DNA from: Bacillota bacterium
Lineage (GTDB): Bacteria; Bacillota; Clostridia; Peptostreptococcales; Anaerovoracaceae
Direction of reading: 5' to 3'
Length of the DNA: 64,000 nucleotides
Assembly: GCA_017432345.1 (NCBI GenBank)
Contig: JAFRJI010000014.1
Location: 48,820-112,819, forward strand
Part shown: positions 19,983-29,177 of the stretch, one piece after another
How the letters are laid out: each line of letters starts with the position of its first letter
Position numbering within the stretch: position 1 is the first letter of the stretch
Notes under the pieces: generated by a model
What the model was told of the DNA's origin: nothing
Database searches by the model: none
What the model saw: the letters and a program-made list of their open reading frames with translations, nothing else
Position numbers and translations under genes: made by a program

Positions 19983-21539
19983 CTACCGCCGGTAGCGCAT
20001 GGTGATCTCTGAAATTTCTTCTGCCAGTTCCGGCGTGAACGCGTTTTCCTCCATCTGCCAGCGCCAGTTTCCCTTGGCGACGCCCGGCACATTGAGTCTG
20101 GCCTCACTGCCCAGCAGCAGATAATCCTGCAGCGGGATGATGCATGTGTCGCAGCGGGAACTTTGCGCTAGCTCGATCAGTCCCTTGACTGCCAATTCCG
20201 GCGGTATGATGTCGTCCGGTTCCGTGGTCTCCCTGTCCCCGAACAGTTCTTCCTTTCTCCACTCCGGTATCTCGGATTTCTCGCGCAGATACCAGGAAAC
20301 GAATCGCTGTTTCCAGTCTTCGGCCTTTTCATACCAGCCGAGGGTCGTGTCGTTGTCGTGCGTTCCCGTGTAGATGACGGAGTGATCCGTGTCGTAATTG
20401 AACGGCAGATAGACGTTTTCTTCACTGGTATCAAAGGCGAACTGCAGGATCTTCATTCCCGGATATCCTACTTCGGCCATCATCGAGCGGACTTCTTCGG
20501 TCAGATACCCGAGGTCTTCCGCGATGAAGCTGCATTCTCCCAGTTCATCCCGGATCGCCCGGAACAAATCCAGGCCCGGGCCCTTTTCCCAGTGGCCGTC
20601 TTTCGGACTCTCCGAATCGGCCGGGATGGCATAGTACGATTCAAATCCGCGCATGTGATCGAGTCTGACAACGTCAAAGAACCGGAGCTGCTGCCGGATC
20701 CGGCTGATCCACCAGCGGTAACCTTGTTCTTTATGCGTTTCCCAGTTATAGACCGGGTTGCCCCAGCATTGCCCTTCCGACGTGAACGCATCCGGCGGCG
20801 CGCCGGCTTCGAAGATCTGCCGGCTTTCTTCATCGAGCTGGAACAGCTGCGGGTCGCTCCAGCAATCGGCGCTTTCATAAGCCGCATAATACGGGATATC
20901 ACCGATAAGCCGGATCTTCTTCTCGTGGGCGTATGTCTTCAGATCGTCCCACTGATTGAAGAACTCGTACTGCGTCCACCGGTAGAATTCCATTTCATAG
21001 GAGAGCTTGATCGTCCACTGGATCATCGCGTCCCGGGTCCTCTTTCTGGCGCCTTCTTCCCAGCACGCCCAGTCGCCCGTCTCGAAATAATCCGATAACG
21101 CGGAGAACAGCGCGTAGTCGTCGATCCACCCTTCTTCCATCTTGCAAAATGCTTTGTAATGGAGTTTGGCCTCCTCATCTTCCTGCAGCTTCGCGCGGAA
21201 TCCGCGGAAAGCCGCCCGAAGCGCTTTTCGCTTGAATCCCATCCGTTCTTCCTGAGACAGATCAGCTACTTTCTCAAAACCCCTCAAGTCCCGTTGTGAA
21301 AGCAGCCCCTGCTCTTCCAGTTTTTTCAGCGAAAGGAGCAGCGGTTCCCCGGCAAAGCTGGAACTGGATTGATACGGGCAAAGTTCTTTGTTGATCGGAC
21401 CGATCGGCAAGACCTGCCAGTAATGCTGCCCCGCTTCCCTCAAGCGGTCGATGAATTTGTATGCTTCCTCATATAGATCGCCAATGCCGTACGGCGATGG
21501 CAATGAAAAGATCGGTAATAGTATTCCGCTGGCTCTCAT
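19983..21539 (-). CDS. malQ: 4-alpha-glucanotransferase (GH77)
   Basis: GAPPDAF, WGNPVY, RLDHMRG, AEDLG, TGTHDN. Confidence 0.96.
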   Translation of the reverse strand: MRASGILLPIFSLPSPYGIGDLYEEAYKFIDRLREAGQHYWQVLPIGPINKELCPYQSSSSFAGEPLLLSLKKLEEQGLLSQRDLRGFEKVADLSQEERMGFKRKALRAAFRGFRAKLQEDEEAKLHYKAFCKMEEGWIDDYALFSALSDYFETGDWACWEEGARKRTRDAMIQWTIKLSYEMEFYRWTQYEFFNQWDDLKTYAHEKKIRLIGDIPYYAAYESADCWSDPQLFQLDEESRQIFEAGAPPDAFTSEGQCWGNPVYNWETHKEQGYRWWISRIRQQLRFFDVVRLDHMRGFESYYAIPADSESPKDGHWEKGPGLDLFRAIRDELGECSFIAEDLGYLTEEVRSMMAEVGYPGMKILQFAFDTSEENVYLPFNYDTDHSVIYTGTHDNDTTLGWYEKAEDWKQRFVSWYLREKSEIPEWRKEELFGDRETTEPDDIIPPELAVKGLIELAQSSRCDTCIIPLQDYLLLGSEARLNVPGVAKGNWRWQMEENAFTPELAEEISEITMRYRR

Positions 21540-21571
21540 TAATTTCTTCCTTTCTTTTCTTTATATCGTGT

Positions 21572-22483
21572 TTATGTCGTGCGGCTCTCCTGGACGCACC
21601 ACCATGTAACCGTAACGATAATGATCACCGCGCCAATCAGCGCGAACCTTCCCGGGACCTCCCCCACGAAAATCGCGACCCAGACGGGATTCAGCAAAGG
21701 CTCCAGCATTCCGATCAGCGAACACGCCAGCGGCGGGCAGTCCTTCGACGCGATCCCGTAAAGGACGTACGGGATGCCCAGCTGGAACACGCCGAGAATC
21801 AGGACGAAGAGGATCTCCATGCCGAGCGGCGATCCCGCAGCAGACACCGTGTCCGCCGCAATGGCTCCGGCCTTTGCATGGAAGGTCAGTACCGCCCCGA
21901 CCGGAACGCCGATCAGCGCCGCAATGATATGCGCGTTCAGAATGCCGCTCATCCGCGTGCTGTCATCGTCACCGCCCCGTCCGACCATGACGAACATCAG
22001 GGCGAGAAAGATCCCTGCCAGGATTCCGAAGAAGTTCCCCAGGACATTCCCCGGCGAGAGCTGATCGAAAAAGAACAGGACCGTTCCCATGAGCGTGACC
22101 AGCACGACGCCGACTTCCATCCGCTTCATTTTCTGATGGAACAATACCGCGGACAGGATCAAAATAAAGACCGGCGCGGTATACTGCAGAACGATCGCGT
22201 TCGCCGCCGTGGTCAGCTTGTTGGCAATGGTAAATAACGTCGCCGACAGGCCGAGCCCGACTCCGGCAAACAAAGAATACCGGTTCAGCTTATACCCGAC
22301 GTGGCTCGCTCTCATATATCCGGCCATGATGCTGCCGGAGATAATGCTCCGGATTCCGGATATGAGGAACGGACTCCAGGATATCAGTTTGATAAAAATA
22401 CCGCCGATGCTCCACATACATGCCGTCAGCACCATCAGGAGCATCGCTCTGCGCTTTCTGTTCATTGTATTATTATATTTCAT
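21572..22483 (-). CDS. DMT/EamA family transporter
   Basis: ANAIVLQYTAP, LEPLLNPVWV, about 10 TM. Confidence 0.88.
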   Translation of the reverse strand: MKYNNTMNRKRRAMLLMVLTACMWSIGGIFIKLISWSPFLISGIRSIISGSIMAGYMRASHVGYKLNRYSLFAGVGLGLSATLFTIANKLTTAANAIVLQYTAPVFILILSAVLFHQKMKRMEVGVVLVTLMGTVLFFFDQLSPGNVLGNFFGILAGIFLALMFVMVGRGGDDDSTRMSGILNAHIIAALIGVPVGAVLTFHAKAGAIAADTVSAAGSPLGMEILFVLILGVFQLGIPYVLYGIASKDCPPLACSLIGMLEPLLNPVWVAIFVGEVPGRFALIGAVIIIVTVTWWCVQESRTT

Positions 22484-22536
22484 CGTTGCAGTTCTGTCTA
22501 TTGCATACCTTTTTTGAAAAGTGTATAATCACTTGC

Positions 22537-22567
22537 TTGACAACGACGTTACGTCGTCACCTAAGAT
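22537..22567 (+). promoter_or_regulatory. MerR-type promoter with 19-bp spacer and dyad operator
   Basis: TTGACA (22537-42), ACGACGT-T-ACGTCGT dyad (22543-57), TAAGAT (22562-67). Confidence 0.8.
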
Positions 22568-22600
22568 GATTGTGCTTAAAGATAGCATTGGAGCCACAGC

Positions 22601-23365
22601 ATGAACAAGAAAGATAAATCAGACTACATGACCGTCGGCGAACTGGCGGAAAAGGCCGGCGTCACAGTCCGGACTCTCCAGTATTACGACCAGAAAGGTC
22701 TGCTGGCGCCATCCGTCAAAGGAACACGGAACCAGCGCCTCTACACAGAAAAAGATCTGGAAACGCTCAGCCGCATCCTTACCTACAAGTATATGGGCTC
22801 TTCACTTCAGGAGATCTCGGATTACTTGAATGAAGAAAATAGCAGAGAGCACGTCGCCCAGACGCTGCATGAGAAAGTCATGGAGGCGGAACAGGCGATC
22901 GCCGCGCAGATCAAACGGTATCTGATCTTGAAAAACATGGAAACGCTGGCGGAAAACCCGCCGGAAGAGATCCATTGGCAAGATGCGGTCACGATTATCA
23001 ATTACATCGATACTAAATGGAATATGATCTGGCAGATCAATCAGGCGGTCGAAGGCGATACCGATCCGACCCGTTTCCCGGGATTCAGGCTCGATGAGAT
23101 AGGACGCTACCACAAGCTGATCGGCGAGACGCTCCAATTGATGAACGAAGACGTCGACCCGAAGGACGCGAGAGTCATGTCCATCCTGGAAGAATACTTC
23201 AAAAATGCAGGCGAACATGCCCCGATTGCGGATTGGGGCGAGCAGCAGGAGCTGATCTATAACGACATCGACAACCTGCATTCCGAATTCGATGGTGCGA
23301 CGAAGCTATGGACCAATATCAACCAATACCTGGAGACCGCCGTCCATCACTATTTTTCGAAATAA
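22601..23365 (+). CDS. MerR family transcriptional regulator (Mta/TipA-like)
   Basis: TVGELAEKAGVTVRTLQYYDQKGLL HTH. Confidence 0.92.
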   Translation: MNKKDKSDYMTVGELAEKAGVTVRTLQYYDQKGLLAPSVKGTRNQRLYTEKDLETLSRILTYKYMGSSLQEISDYLNEENSREHVAQTLHEKVMEAEQAIAAQIKRYLILKNMETLAENPPEEIHWQDAVTIINYIDTKWNMIWQINQAVEGDTDPTRFPGFRLDEIGRYHKLIGETLQLMNEDVDPKDARVMSILEEYFKNAGEHAPIADWGEQQELIYNDIDNLHSEFDGATKLWTNINQYLETAVHHYFSK

Positions 23366-23407
23366 GCGCGATTCTGTACCCTCGGAATCTGCTTATTATT
23401 TCCCCCC

Positions 23408-23439
23408 ATCCTCCCGTAGCAATACGGGGGGATTTTTTT
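23408..23439 (+). terminator. Intrinsic terminator after MerR gene
   Basis: ATCCTCCCGTA-GCAA-TACGGGGGGAT then T run. Confidence 0.8.
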
Positions 23440-23463
23440 CATCAAATCTACACATTTCTCCCC

Positions 23464-23623
23464 TTTACATTCACATAAACAGGTGCTACACTGCAGGCAG
23501 ATGGACGGTATTCTTTTTGAAACTGTACCCCGACAGGCAGATCCCCGGAGTGAGGCACCGGATCGTGATCTGCAGCACGTCACCTCAAAAGCGGCATCGG
23601 CGATGCCGAAAGGAGGTGGGCGT
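23464..23623 (+). promoter_or_regulatory. pan operon promoter and structured 5' leader of about 125 nt
   Basis: TTTACA-17 bp-TACACT with TG; three hairpins; CACCTC (23581-86) complementary to SD GAGGTG (23613-18). Confidence 0.55.
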
Positions 23624-24469
23624 TTGAAAACAGGATTTATAGGAGCAGGAAAAGTCGGGTGTTCCCTGGGAAAACTTCTCAGCACCCGCGGCATGACGGT
23701 TACAGGTTATTACGACCGCGACACGCAAAATGCCGAAGAGGCAGCACATTTCATAAATGCAAAGGCTTTCGAAACACCGGAAGCCCTGATCAAAGAAAGT
23801 GACGTGCTCTTCATCACTGTTCCGGACGGACTGATCTCCACGGTCTTTGAGGAAATCAGGACGTTGCCGATCAAAGGAAAATACATCTGCCATTGCAGTG
23901 GGAGCATTTCCTCCAAGGATGCTTTTCCGCAGATCGGGAGTACAGGTGCATACGAATATTCCGTTCATCCGTTGTTCGCAGTAAGTGATCGATTCGAGAC
24001 TTACCACGAACTGCCGGATGCTTTTTTTACCTTGGAAGGTAATCCAGCGCACATCGATGAAATGTCAGAGTACCTGCGGAAAGCAGGGTTGCGATTCCAG
24101 ATCATCGACCCGGCAGCAAAGACCCGCTACCATCTGGCAGCGGTCTACGCCAGCAATCTGATGTTGGCGCTGATCGGAGAAAGCATCCAGCTTTTGCAGG
24201 AATGCGGTTTTTCGGAAGAAGACGCACGAAGCGCGCTCACGCCGCTGATCACGGGAAATGTCCAGCACGCGTTGGAACGGGGCGTAGCAAACGCGCTGAC
24301 CGGCCCGGTGGAACGAGGCGACATCACAACACTTCTGAAACACCTGCAGGAAGCGGACGATGAAGAGGACCGGCAGCTTTACCGGCTTCTGTCCCGGAAG
24401 CTCCTGCCCTTTGCAAAAGCCAAGAACCCGAATCGCGACTATCAGGAGACAGAATCATTTCTGCAGTAA
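23624..24469 (+). CDS. Rossmann-like/DUF2520 oxidoreductase, probable ketopantoate reductase (PanG-like)
   Basis: TTG start after AGGAGG; [31 protein letters not shown]; directly upstream of panBC. Confidence 0.8.
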   Translation: MKTGFIGAGKVGCSLGKLLSTRGMTVTGYYDRDTQNAEEAAHFINAKAFETPEALIKESDVLFITVPDGLISTVFEEIRTLPIKGKYICHCSGSISSKDAFPQIGSTGAYEYSVHPLFAVSDRFETYHELPDAFFTLEGNPAHIDEMSEYLRKAGLRFQIIDPAAKTRYHLAAVYASNLMLALIGESIQLLQECGFSEEDARSALTPLITGNVQHALERGVANALTGPVERGDITTLLKHLQEADDEEDRQLYRLLSRKLLPFAKAKNPNRDYQETESFLQ

Positions 24470-24482
24470 CCATCATTTTTCA

Positions 24483-24515
24483 CAACGTCCCGGTACGGCG
24501 AGAAGCAGACTGGAG
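24483..24515 (+). ncRNA. Candidate pan RNA motif-like bulged hairpin before panB
   Basis: CAACGTCCCGGT-ACGGCGAGAAGCAG-ACTGGAG imperfect stem just 5' of the panB SD; family match recalled, not computed. Confidence 0.35.
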
Positions 24516-24530
24516 AAAGAGAGGAACAAA

Positions 24531-25427
24531 ATGAAAAACACAGCAGTAACCTTTCAGGAAATGAAAGCAAAAGGCGAGAAGATCTCAATGCTCACATGCT
24601 ACGATTATTCGACCGCAAAGCTCATGGAGGCAGCAGGCATCAATGGAGTGCTTGTTGGAGATTCACTTGGAAACACTATGCTCGGTTATCCGGACACCCT
24701 GTCCGTAACCATGGAAGATATGCTGACATACGGCCGGGCGGTCGCCCGCGGATGCAGCGACACGCTCGTTGTCATCGACATGCCGTTCATGTCCTATCAG
24801 ATTTCTGTTGAACAGGCTCTGACCAACGCTGGCCGGCTCATGAAGGAAGGCCGTGCCGGGGCCGTCAAGCTCGAAGGCGGCGCCACCGTCTGCCCGCAGA
24901 TCAAGGCGATGACCAGCATCGGCATCCCAGTCATGGCGCACCTGGGCCTGACGCCGCAGTCGATCAACACGCTCGGCGGAAACAAAGTGCAGGGCAAGAC
25001 GGAAGAGGCAGCTGAAAAGCTTCTGGAAGACGCCTATGCCGTCCAGGACGCCGGCGCGTTCTCCGTCGTACTGGAGTGCGTCCCTGCCCCGCTCGCGGAA
25101 TTCATCTCACAGTCCATCCGCATCCCGACCATCGGCATCGGCGCCGGAAACGGCTGCGACGGGCAGATCCTCGTTTATCAGGATATGCTCGGGATGTTCA
25201 AGGATTTTGTCCCGAAATTCGCGAAGCAGTACGCCAACGTGGGTGATGTCATGATGCAGGCTTTCCGGGATTACGATGCCGAAGTCAAGAGCACCGCGTT
25301 CCCTGACGCCGCGCACTCCTTCAAGATGAAATACCCGATGATCATCGAAAAGCTGAAGAACAAGGCCGCCGCCGGTCCGGTCGCTTATGAAGAAGCGGAC
25401 ACGGAATATCTGGCGAAGCTGTACTGA
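24531..25427 (+). CDS. panB: 3-methyl-2-oxobutanoate hydroxymethyltransferase
   Basis: LVGDSLG, DMPFMSY, AVKLEGG, HLGLTPQ, GIGAG. Confidence 0.97.
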   Translation: MKNTAVTFQEMKAKGEKISMLTCYDYSTAKLMEAAGINGVLVGDSLGNTMLGYPDTLSVTMEDMLTYGRAVARGCSDTLVVIDMPFMSYQISVEQALTNAGRLMKEGRAGAVKLEGGATVCPQIKAMTSIGIPVMAHLGLTPQSINTLGGNKVQGKTEEAAEKLLEDAYAVQDAGAFSVVLECVPAPLAEFISQSIRIPTIGIGAGNGCDGQILVYQDMLGMFKDFVPKFAKQYANVGDVMMQAFRDYDAEVKSTAFPDAAHSFKMKYPMIIEKLKNKAAAGPVAYEEADTEYLAKLY

Positions 25428-25473
25428 TGCCAAACCCGACTTCATGCCGTGGCAACGGGAAAGGAGCAACGCG

Positions 25474-26337
25474 ATGATCATAGCAAAAACGATAGACGAA
25501 GCACGGGCACAGATCCGTTTGTGGAAAGCCGAAGGCTGCACCATCGGCCTGTGCCCGACCATGGGATATCTGCATGAGGGACACCTCTCCCTCATGCGGG
25601 CGTCCAAACGCGATAACGATAAGACCGTCGCATCGGTGTTCGTCAACCCGATGCAGTTCGGTCCTGCCGAAGATCTGGCGAAATACCCGCGGGATCTGGA
25701 ACGGGACTGCGCCCTGATGGACGACGAAGGCGTGGACATGGTCTTTGCACCGGACCCTTCGGAAATGTACGACGATGATTTTTGCTCGTTCGTGGATATG
25801 AGCGTCGTCTCGGAAGGCCTTTGCGGCAAAAGCCGCCCGGTCATGTTCCGCGGCGTCTGCACGGTCCTGACGAAGCTGATCCACATCATCAGCCCGGACC
25901 GCATGTACATGGGGAAAAAGGACGCCCAGCAGCTGGCGGTCGTCCGCCGCATGGTGCGCGACCTGAATTTTGATCTGGAGGTCATCGGATGCCCGACGGT
26001 CCGCGAGGAAGACGGCCTCGCCAAGAGCTCCCGGAACAGCTATCTGAGTCCGGAGGAACGGGCTGCCGCCCGCGTTCTCTCCCGCGCTCTGCGGATGGCA
26101 CAGGATGCCATCACAGCCGGACAAACCAGCAGCGCAGCGGTCACCGCCATCATCAAGACGAAACTTGTCAATGAGCCGCTGGCCGACATCGATTACGTCG
26201 AAATCGTCGACGGGCTTTCCATGCAGCCGGTGGATACGCTCCGCGAAGGCGATCTGGTCGCCATCGCCGTCCGTATCGGCACCACCCGCCTCATCGACAA
26301 CTTTATCGTCGGCGATCCGCTGATCGGAATTATATGA
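25474..26337 (+). CDS. panC: Pantoate-beta-alanine ligase
   Basis: PTMGYLHEGH, FVNPMQF, GLAKSSRN, RLIDN. Confidence 0.97.
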   Translation: MIIAKTIDEARAQIRLWKAEGCTIGLCPTMGYLHEGHLSLMRASKRDNDKTVASVFVNPMQFGPAEDLAKYPRDLERDCALMDDEGVDMVFAPDPSEMYDDDFCSFVDMSVVSEGLCGKSRPVMFRGVCTVLTKLIHIISPDRMYMGKKDAQQLAVVRRMVRDLNFDLEVIGCPTVREEDGLAKSSRNSYLSPEERAAARVLSRALRMAQDAITAGQTSSAAVTAIIKTKLVNEPLADIDYVEIVDGLSMQPVDTLREGDLVAIAVRIGTTRLIDNFIVGDPLIGII

Positions 26338-27607
26338 CTTTCGGCATCCGCCGCTTATAAACGATTGTCAGGCAGATCGCCGTCACGATCGTGAGGCTCC
26401 CGAACAGGGCGTACGTCGGAATGTATCCGCCCAGGTGGTCCGCCATGATCCCCGGGACCGACGCGAACACCATCGCTCCGGCGGCGTAAATCAGCTGCAT
26501 CTTTCGAACGGTCTCCGCGTAATCGATCTGCGCCACGAGGTCGCCTGCCCAGACAGGAATGCCAACTGTGGTGATCGAATAACCAAGTCCTATCACGACC
26601 GCTGCCGCCATGGCGATCGGCACACTGCCGGTAAAGGCCATGCAGCACAGCGCATGTCCAAGAACAGAAATAGCCAAAAACAGCATCGACGCCCGATACC
26701 CGCCCAGCAGATCCGCGGTCTCACCGAAGAGGATCTTAGCGCCGGTGAGCACGATGCCGACCACGCTGACGATCAGCGCCACGGTCATCGGCCGGAACCC
26801 TTCCGTAGTATAAAGCATCGTCAAATGCATAAACCCGGGATTTGCCATCGCACCCATGAACACGCTGACGATCCCGATCAGGGCCCAGTCGCTGCGTGTC
26901 AGCGGCTTAGCTTTTTGCGCTTCCCTTCGCATGGCGTCTTCCGCCGTTCTCTTTCGCTCGTCGCCTTCCCGCCCGCGGTATTCGTTGATCACATCGCTTT
27001 TGCCCAGTGGCTCCAATCCCAGATCCGACGGCTTATCGCGGATCAGCAGAAAGATCAGGATCGAGAAAACGATCACGTATCCGACGACGAACAGAAACGC
27101 CGTCTGCAGCGAATATTTCAAGATCAGACTCGTCAGGACCGTCGGCAGAACGATGATGGCCATCCCGCTGCCCGCGCTGCAGATCCCGACAGCCAACGCC
27201 CGGTGCTTCACGAACCACCGGTTCATCAGGATCGCGACCGGAATCATGCTTCCGAGTCCGTACCCGATCCCGCCGATCGACGCCCCTATGCAAAACCCCA
27301 TGTAGCCGCCGGCTCTGCTGTACAAATAGTACGCAACGGCGCAGAGCATCGCCGCGATCCCGGTCCCGAGCCGGTAGCCGGTTTTTTCGTAATACTTGCC
27401 GACGACCATCATCGACAGGAACGCGAAGGTGCACCGCAGCGTGACCAGCGATGAAGTTTGCGCGTTCGTCAGGCCGTAGCTCTCCCGGATATACGGCATG
27501 AACACGGACAGGCCGTTCGAGGCCGTGCCCATGGTCACGAAGATCAGCAGTGTGCACACACCACAGATGACCCAGCTGTAATAGTTTTTTGTCTTACTGT
27601 CCCTCAT
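26330..27607 (-). CDS. MFS transporter (OFA/monocarboxylate-like)
   Basis: About 12 TM, RWFVKHRALAVG motif, central hydrophilic loop. Confidence 0.85.
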   Translation of the reverse strand: MRDSKTKNYYSWVICGVCTLLIFVTMGTASNGLSVFMPYIRESYGLTNAQTSSLVTLRCTFAFLSMMVVGKYYEKTGYRLGTGIAAMLCAVAYYLYSRAGGYMGFCIGASIGGIGYGLGSMIPVAILMNRWFVKHRALAVGICSAGSGMAIIVLPTVLTSLILKYSLQTAFLFVVGYVIVFSILIFLLIRDKPSDLGLEPLGKSDVINEYRGREGDERKRTAEDAMRREAQKAKPLTRSDWALIGIVSVFMGAMANPGFMHLTMLYTTEGFRPMTVALIVSVVGIVLTGAKILFGETADLLGGYRASMLFLAISVLGHALCCMAFTGSVPIAMAAAVVIGLGYSITTVGIPVWAGDLVAQIDYAETVRKMQLIYAAGAMVFASVPGIMADHLGGYIPTYALFGSLTIVTAICLTIVYKRRMPKVI

Positions 27608-27614
27608 TGCTGTC

Positions 27615-28964
27615 CTATTCCGAATACTTGTTTAAGATCCTGGAAACGGTCGACTGATTTACGCCAAGCGCCTCCGCCGTCTTATATGTCGTCTTGTATA
27701 CTTCAAATGCCCGCTTCACCAGCTGCTCTTCCAGCTGGCTTTTTGCTTCTTTTAACGGAATGATGTCCTCGCAGTACACGCTGCCCTTCCCTTCATCCGT
27801 TTCGATGGATCCGTGCAGGATGTCCTGGATCGTTTCCCCGCGGATGACCGGTCCGTCCGTCATCAGATAGGCGGTCTCGATGGTCTGATCCAGTTCGATC
27901 AGGTTGCCCGGCCAAGTGTGCGAAGCGAGTTTTCCGAGCGCGTCCTTGTTGAGGATCTTTCGCGCCTTGTATTTATCATTATATCTGGAAACGTATTGGC
28001 TGGCCAGAAACGGGATATCTTTCAGGCGGTTCCGCAGCGGTGGAATGCTGACCGGAACGGTAGCCAGTTTGTAATACAGCGCTTTTGAGAACAGCCCGGA
28101 TTCGCTGAGCTCCTTCAGGTTCATTCCTGTCAGCGCGATGATCCTGGCTGACGAATGGACCTCGCGGCTGCCGCCGGCTCTCTTGAACGTCCCCTTGTCA
28201 ATGTATTCAAACAGCTTCGTCTGCACTTTCATCGGCATGTAACTGATATTGTTCAACGTCAGCGTCCCTTCATTCGCCTGATCCAGTTTCCCCTGCCGGA
28301 TATGCTTCGTCTTGCCGTCTTCGGATTCGATTTCCTGCCCGAAGATCTCACGTTCCAGAAAATCGGCGTCGGCGCTCGTGCAGTTAACGGTCACGAACGG
28401 CTTATCCCGCCGCTTGCCGGAATAGTGCACATGCCGGGCTGCTACATGCTTGCCTGTACCGGATTCGCCGTAGATCAAAATCGGCAGATCCATGGCGCTG
28501 ACCCGCTCCAGCGTTTCTTTGACCTTGATGCTGGCCGGATCGCTGGCCTCAAAATCGTTCGCCTTCGAGAGTTCGTTTTTCAGGCGCGCGATTTCCTGGT
28601 CTTTTTCCTCCAACGTTTCCAGCAGCTCGTTGACGGCGTCGATGTCCTGTGAGGTCGTGATGACCATATCGATCCTGCCGCCCTTGCCGAAGATCGGCGT
28701 TCCCGTTGCGATGATTTTCTTATCGTTCTTCAGATGCTGCAACACGCTGACCGGTCTCCGCTCTTTTAAAACGCGGAGCGTACTGCTCTCTTCAAAGTAC
28801 CCGTCCTTGATCAGATCCCGGACATTCCGCCCGATGACATTGCCGACATCGAGTTCGTTGATCTCGATCGACGCCGGATTGACGAAAAGAACATTGCCAT
28901 TCCCGTCGCTGACAAAGATCTCGACGCCCAGGTTTTCGACAATCGTCTGATAGATGTTTTCCAT
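27615..28964 (-). CDS. PAS-AAA+-HTH regulator (sigma54-interaction family) with degenerate ATPase motifs
   Basis: N-terminal PAS, Walker A GESGTGK, C-terminal HTH (AEALGVNQSTV); GAFTGA absent, Walker B reads LNNI. Confidence 0.88.
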   Translation of the reverse strand: MENIYQTIVENLGVEIFVSDGNGNVLFVNPASIEINELDVGNVIGRNVRDLIKDGYFEESSTLRVLKERRPVSVLQHLKNDKKIIATGTPIFGKGGRIDMVITTSQDIDAVNELLETLEEKDQEIARLKNELSKANDFEASDPASIKVKETLERVSAMDLPILIYGESGTGKHVAARHVHYSGKRRDKPFVTVNCTSADADFLEREIFGQEIESEDGKTKHIRQGKLDQANEGTLTLNNISYMPMKVQTKLFEYIDKGTFKRAGGSREVHSSARIIALTGMNLKELSESGLFSKALYYKLATVPVSIPPLRNRLKDIPFLASQYVSRYNDKYKARKILNKDALGKLASHTWPGNLIELDQTIETAYLMTDGPVIRGETIQDILHGSIETDEGKGSVYCEDIIPLKEAKSQLEEQLVKRAFEVYKTTYKTAEALGVNQSTVSRILNKYSE

Positions 28965-29013
28965 AACTGGCCTCCCCTGCCAAAGCTCTTGCTTTGTTTT
29001 TATTATACCTCAT

Positions 29014-29055
29014 ATAATGCGTGTTTGCATTACAAATCATGCATTCGCGCATTAT
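29014..29055. promoter_or_regulatory. 42-bp dyad operator with two ATGC-N6-GCAT boxes 22 bp apart
   Basis: ATAATGCG-TGTT-TGCAT-TACAAATC-ATGCA-TTCG-CGCATTAT; overlaps the -35 of the regulator's ATGCAA-17-TATAAT promoter. Confidence 0.65.
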
Positions 29056-29177
29056 TCGTCGAATTTTCAGAAAAATATTGCTATCAAATTGAATGGCCCT
29101 GTATTACAATCAAACCATAGAAACGATTAGAAAAAGTTTTTGTAAAGCATTTTGTAAAGATATAGGAGGAACATCCC

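Noticed and set aside
29094-29110. TGGC...TTAC as a sigma54 -24/-12 promoter
   Set aside because: Lacks the GC at -12 with the required GG-N10-GC spacing
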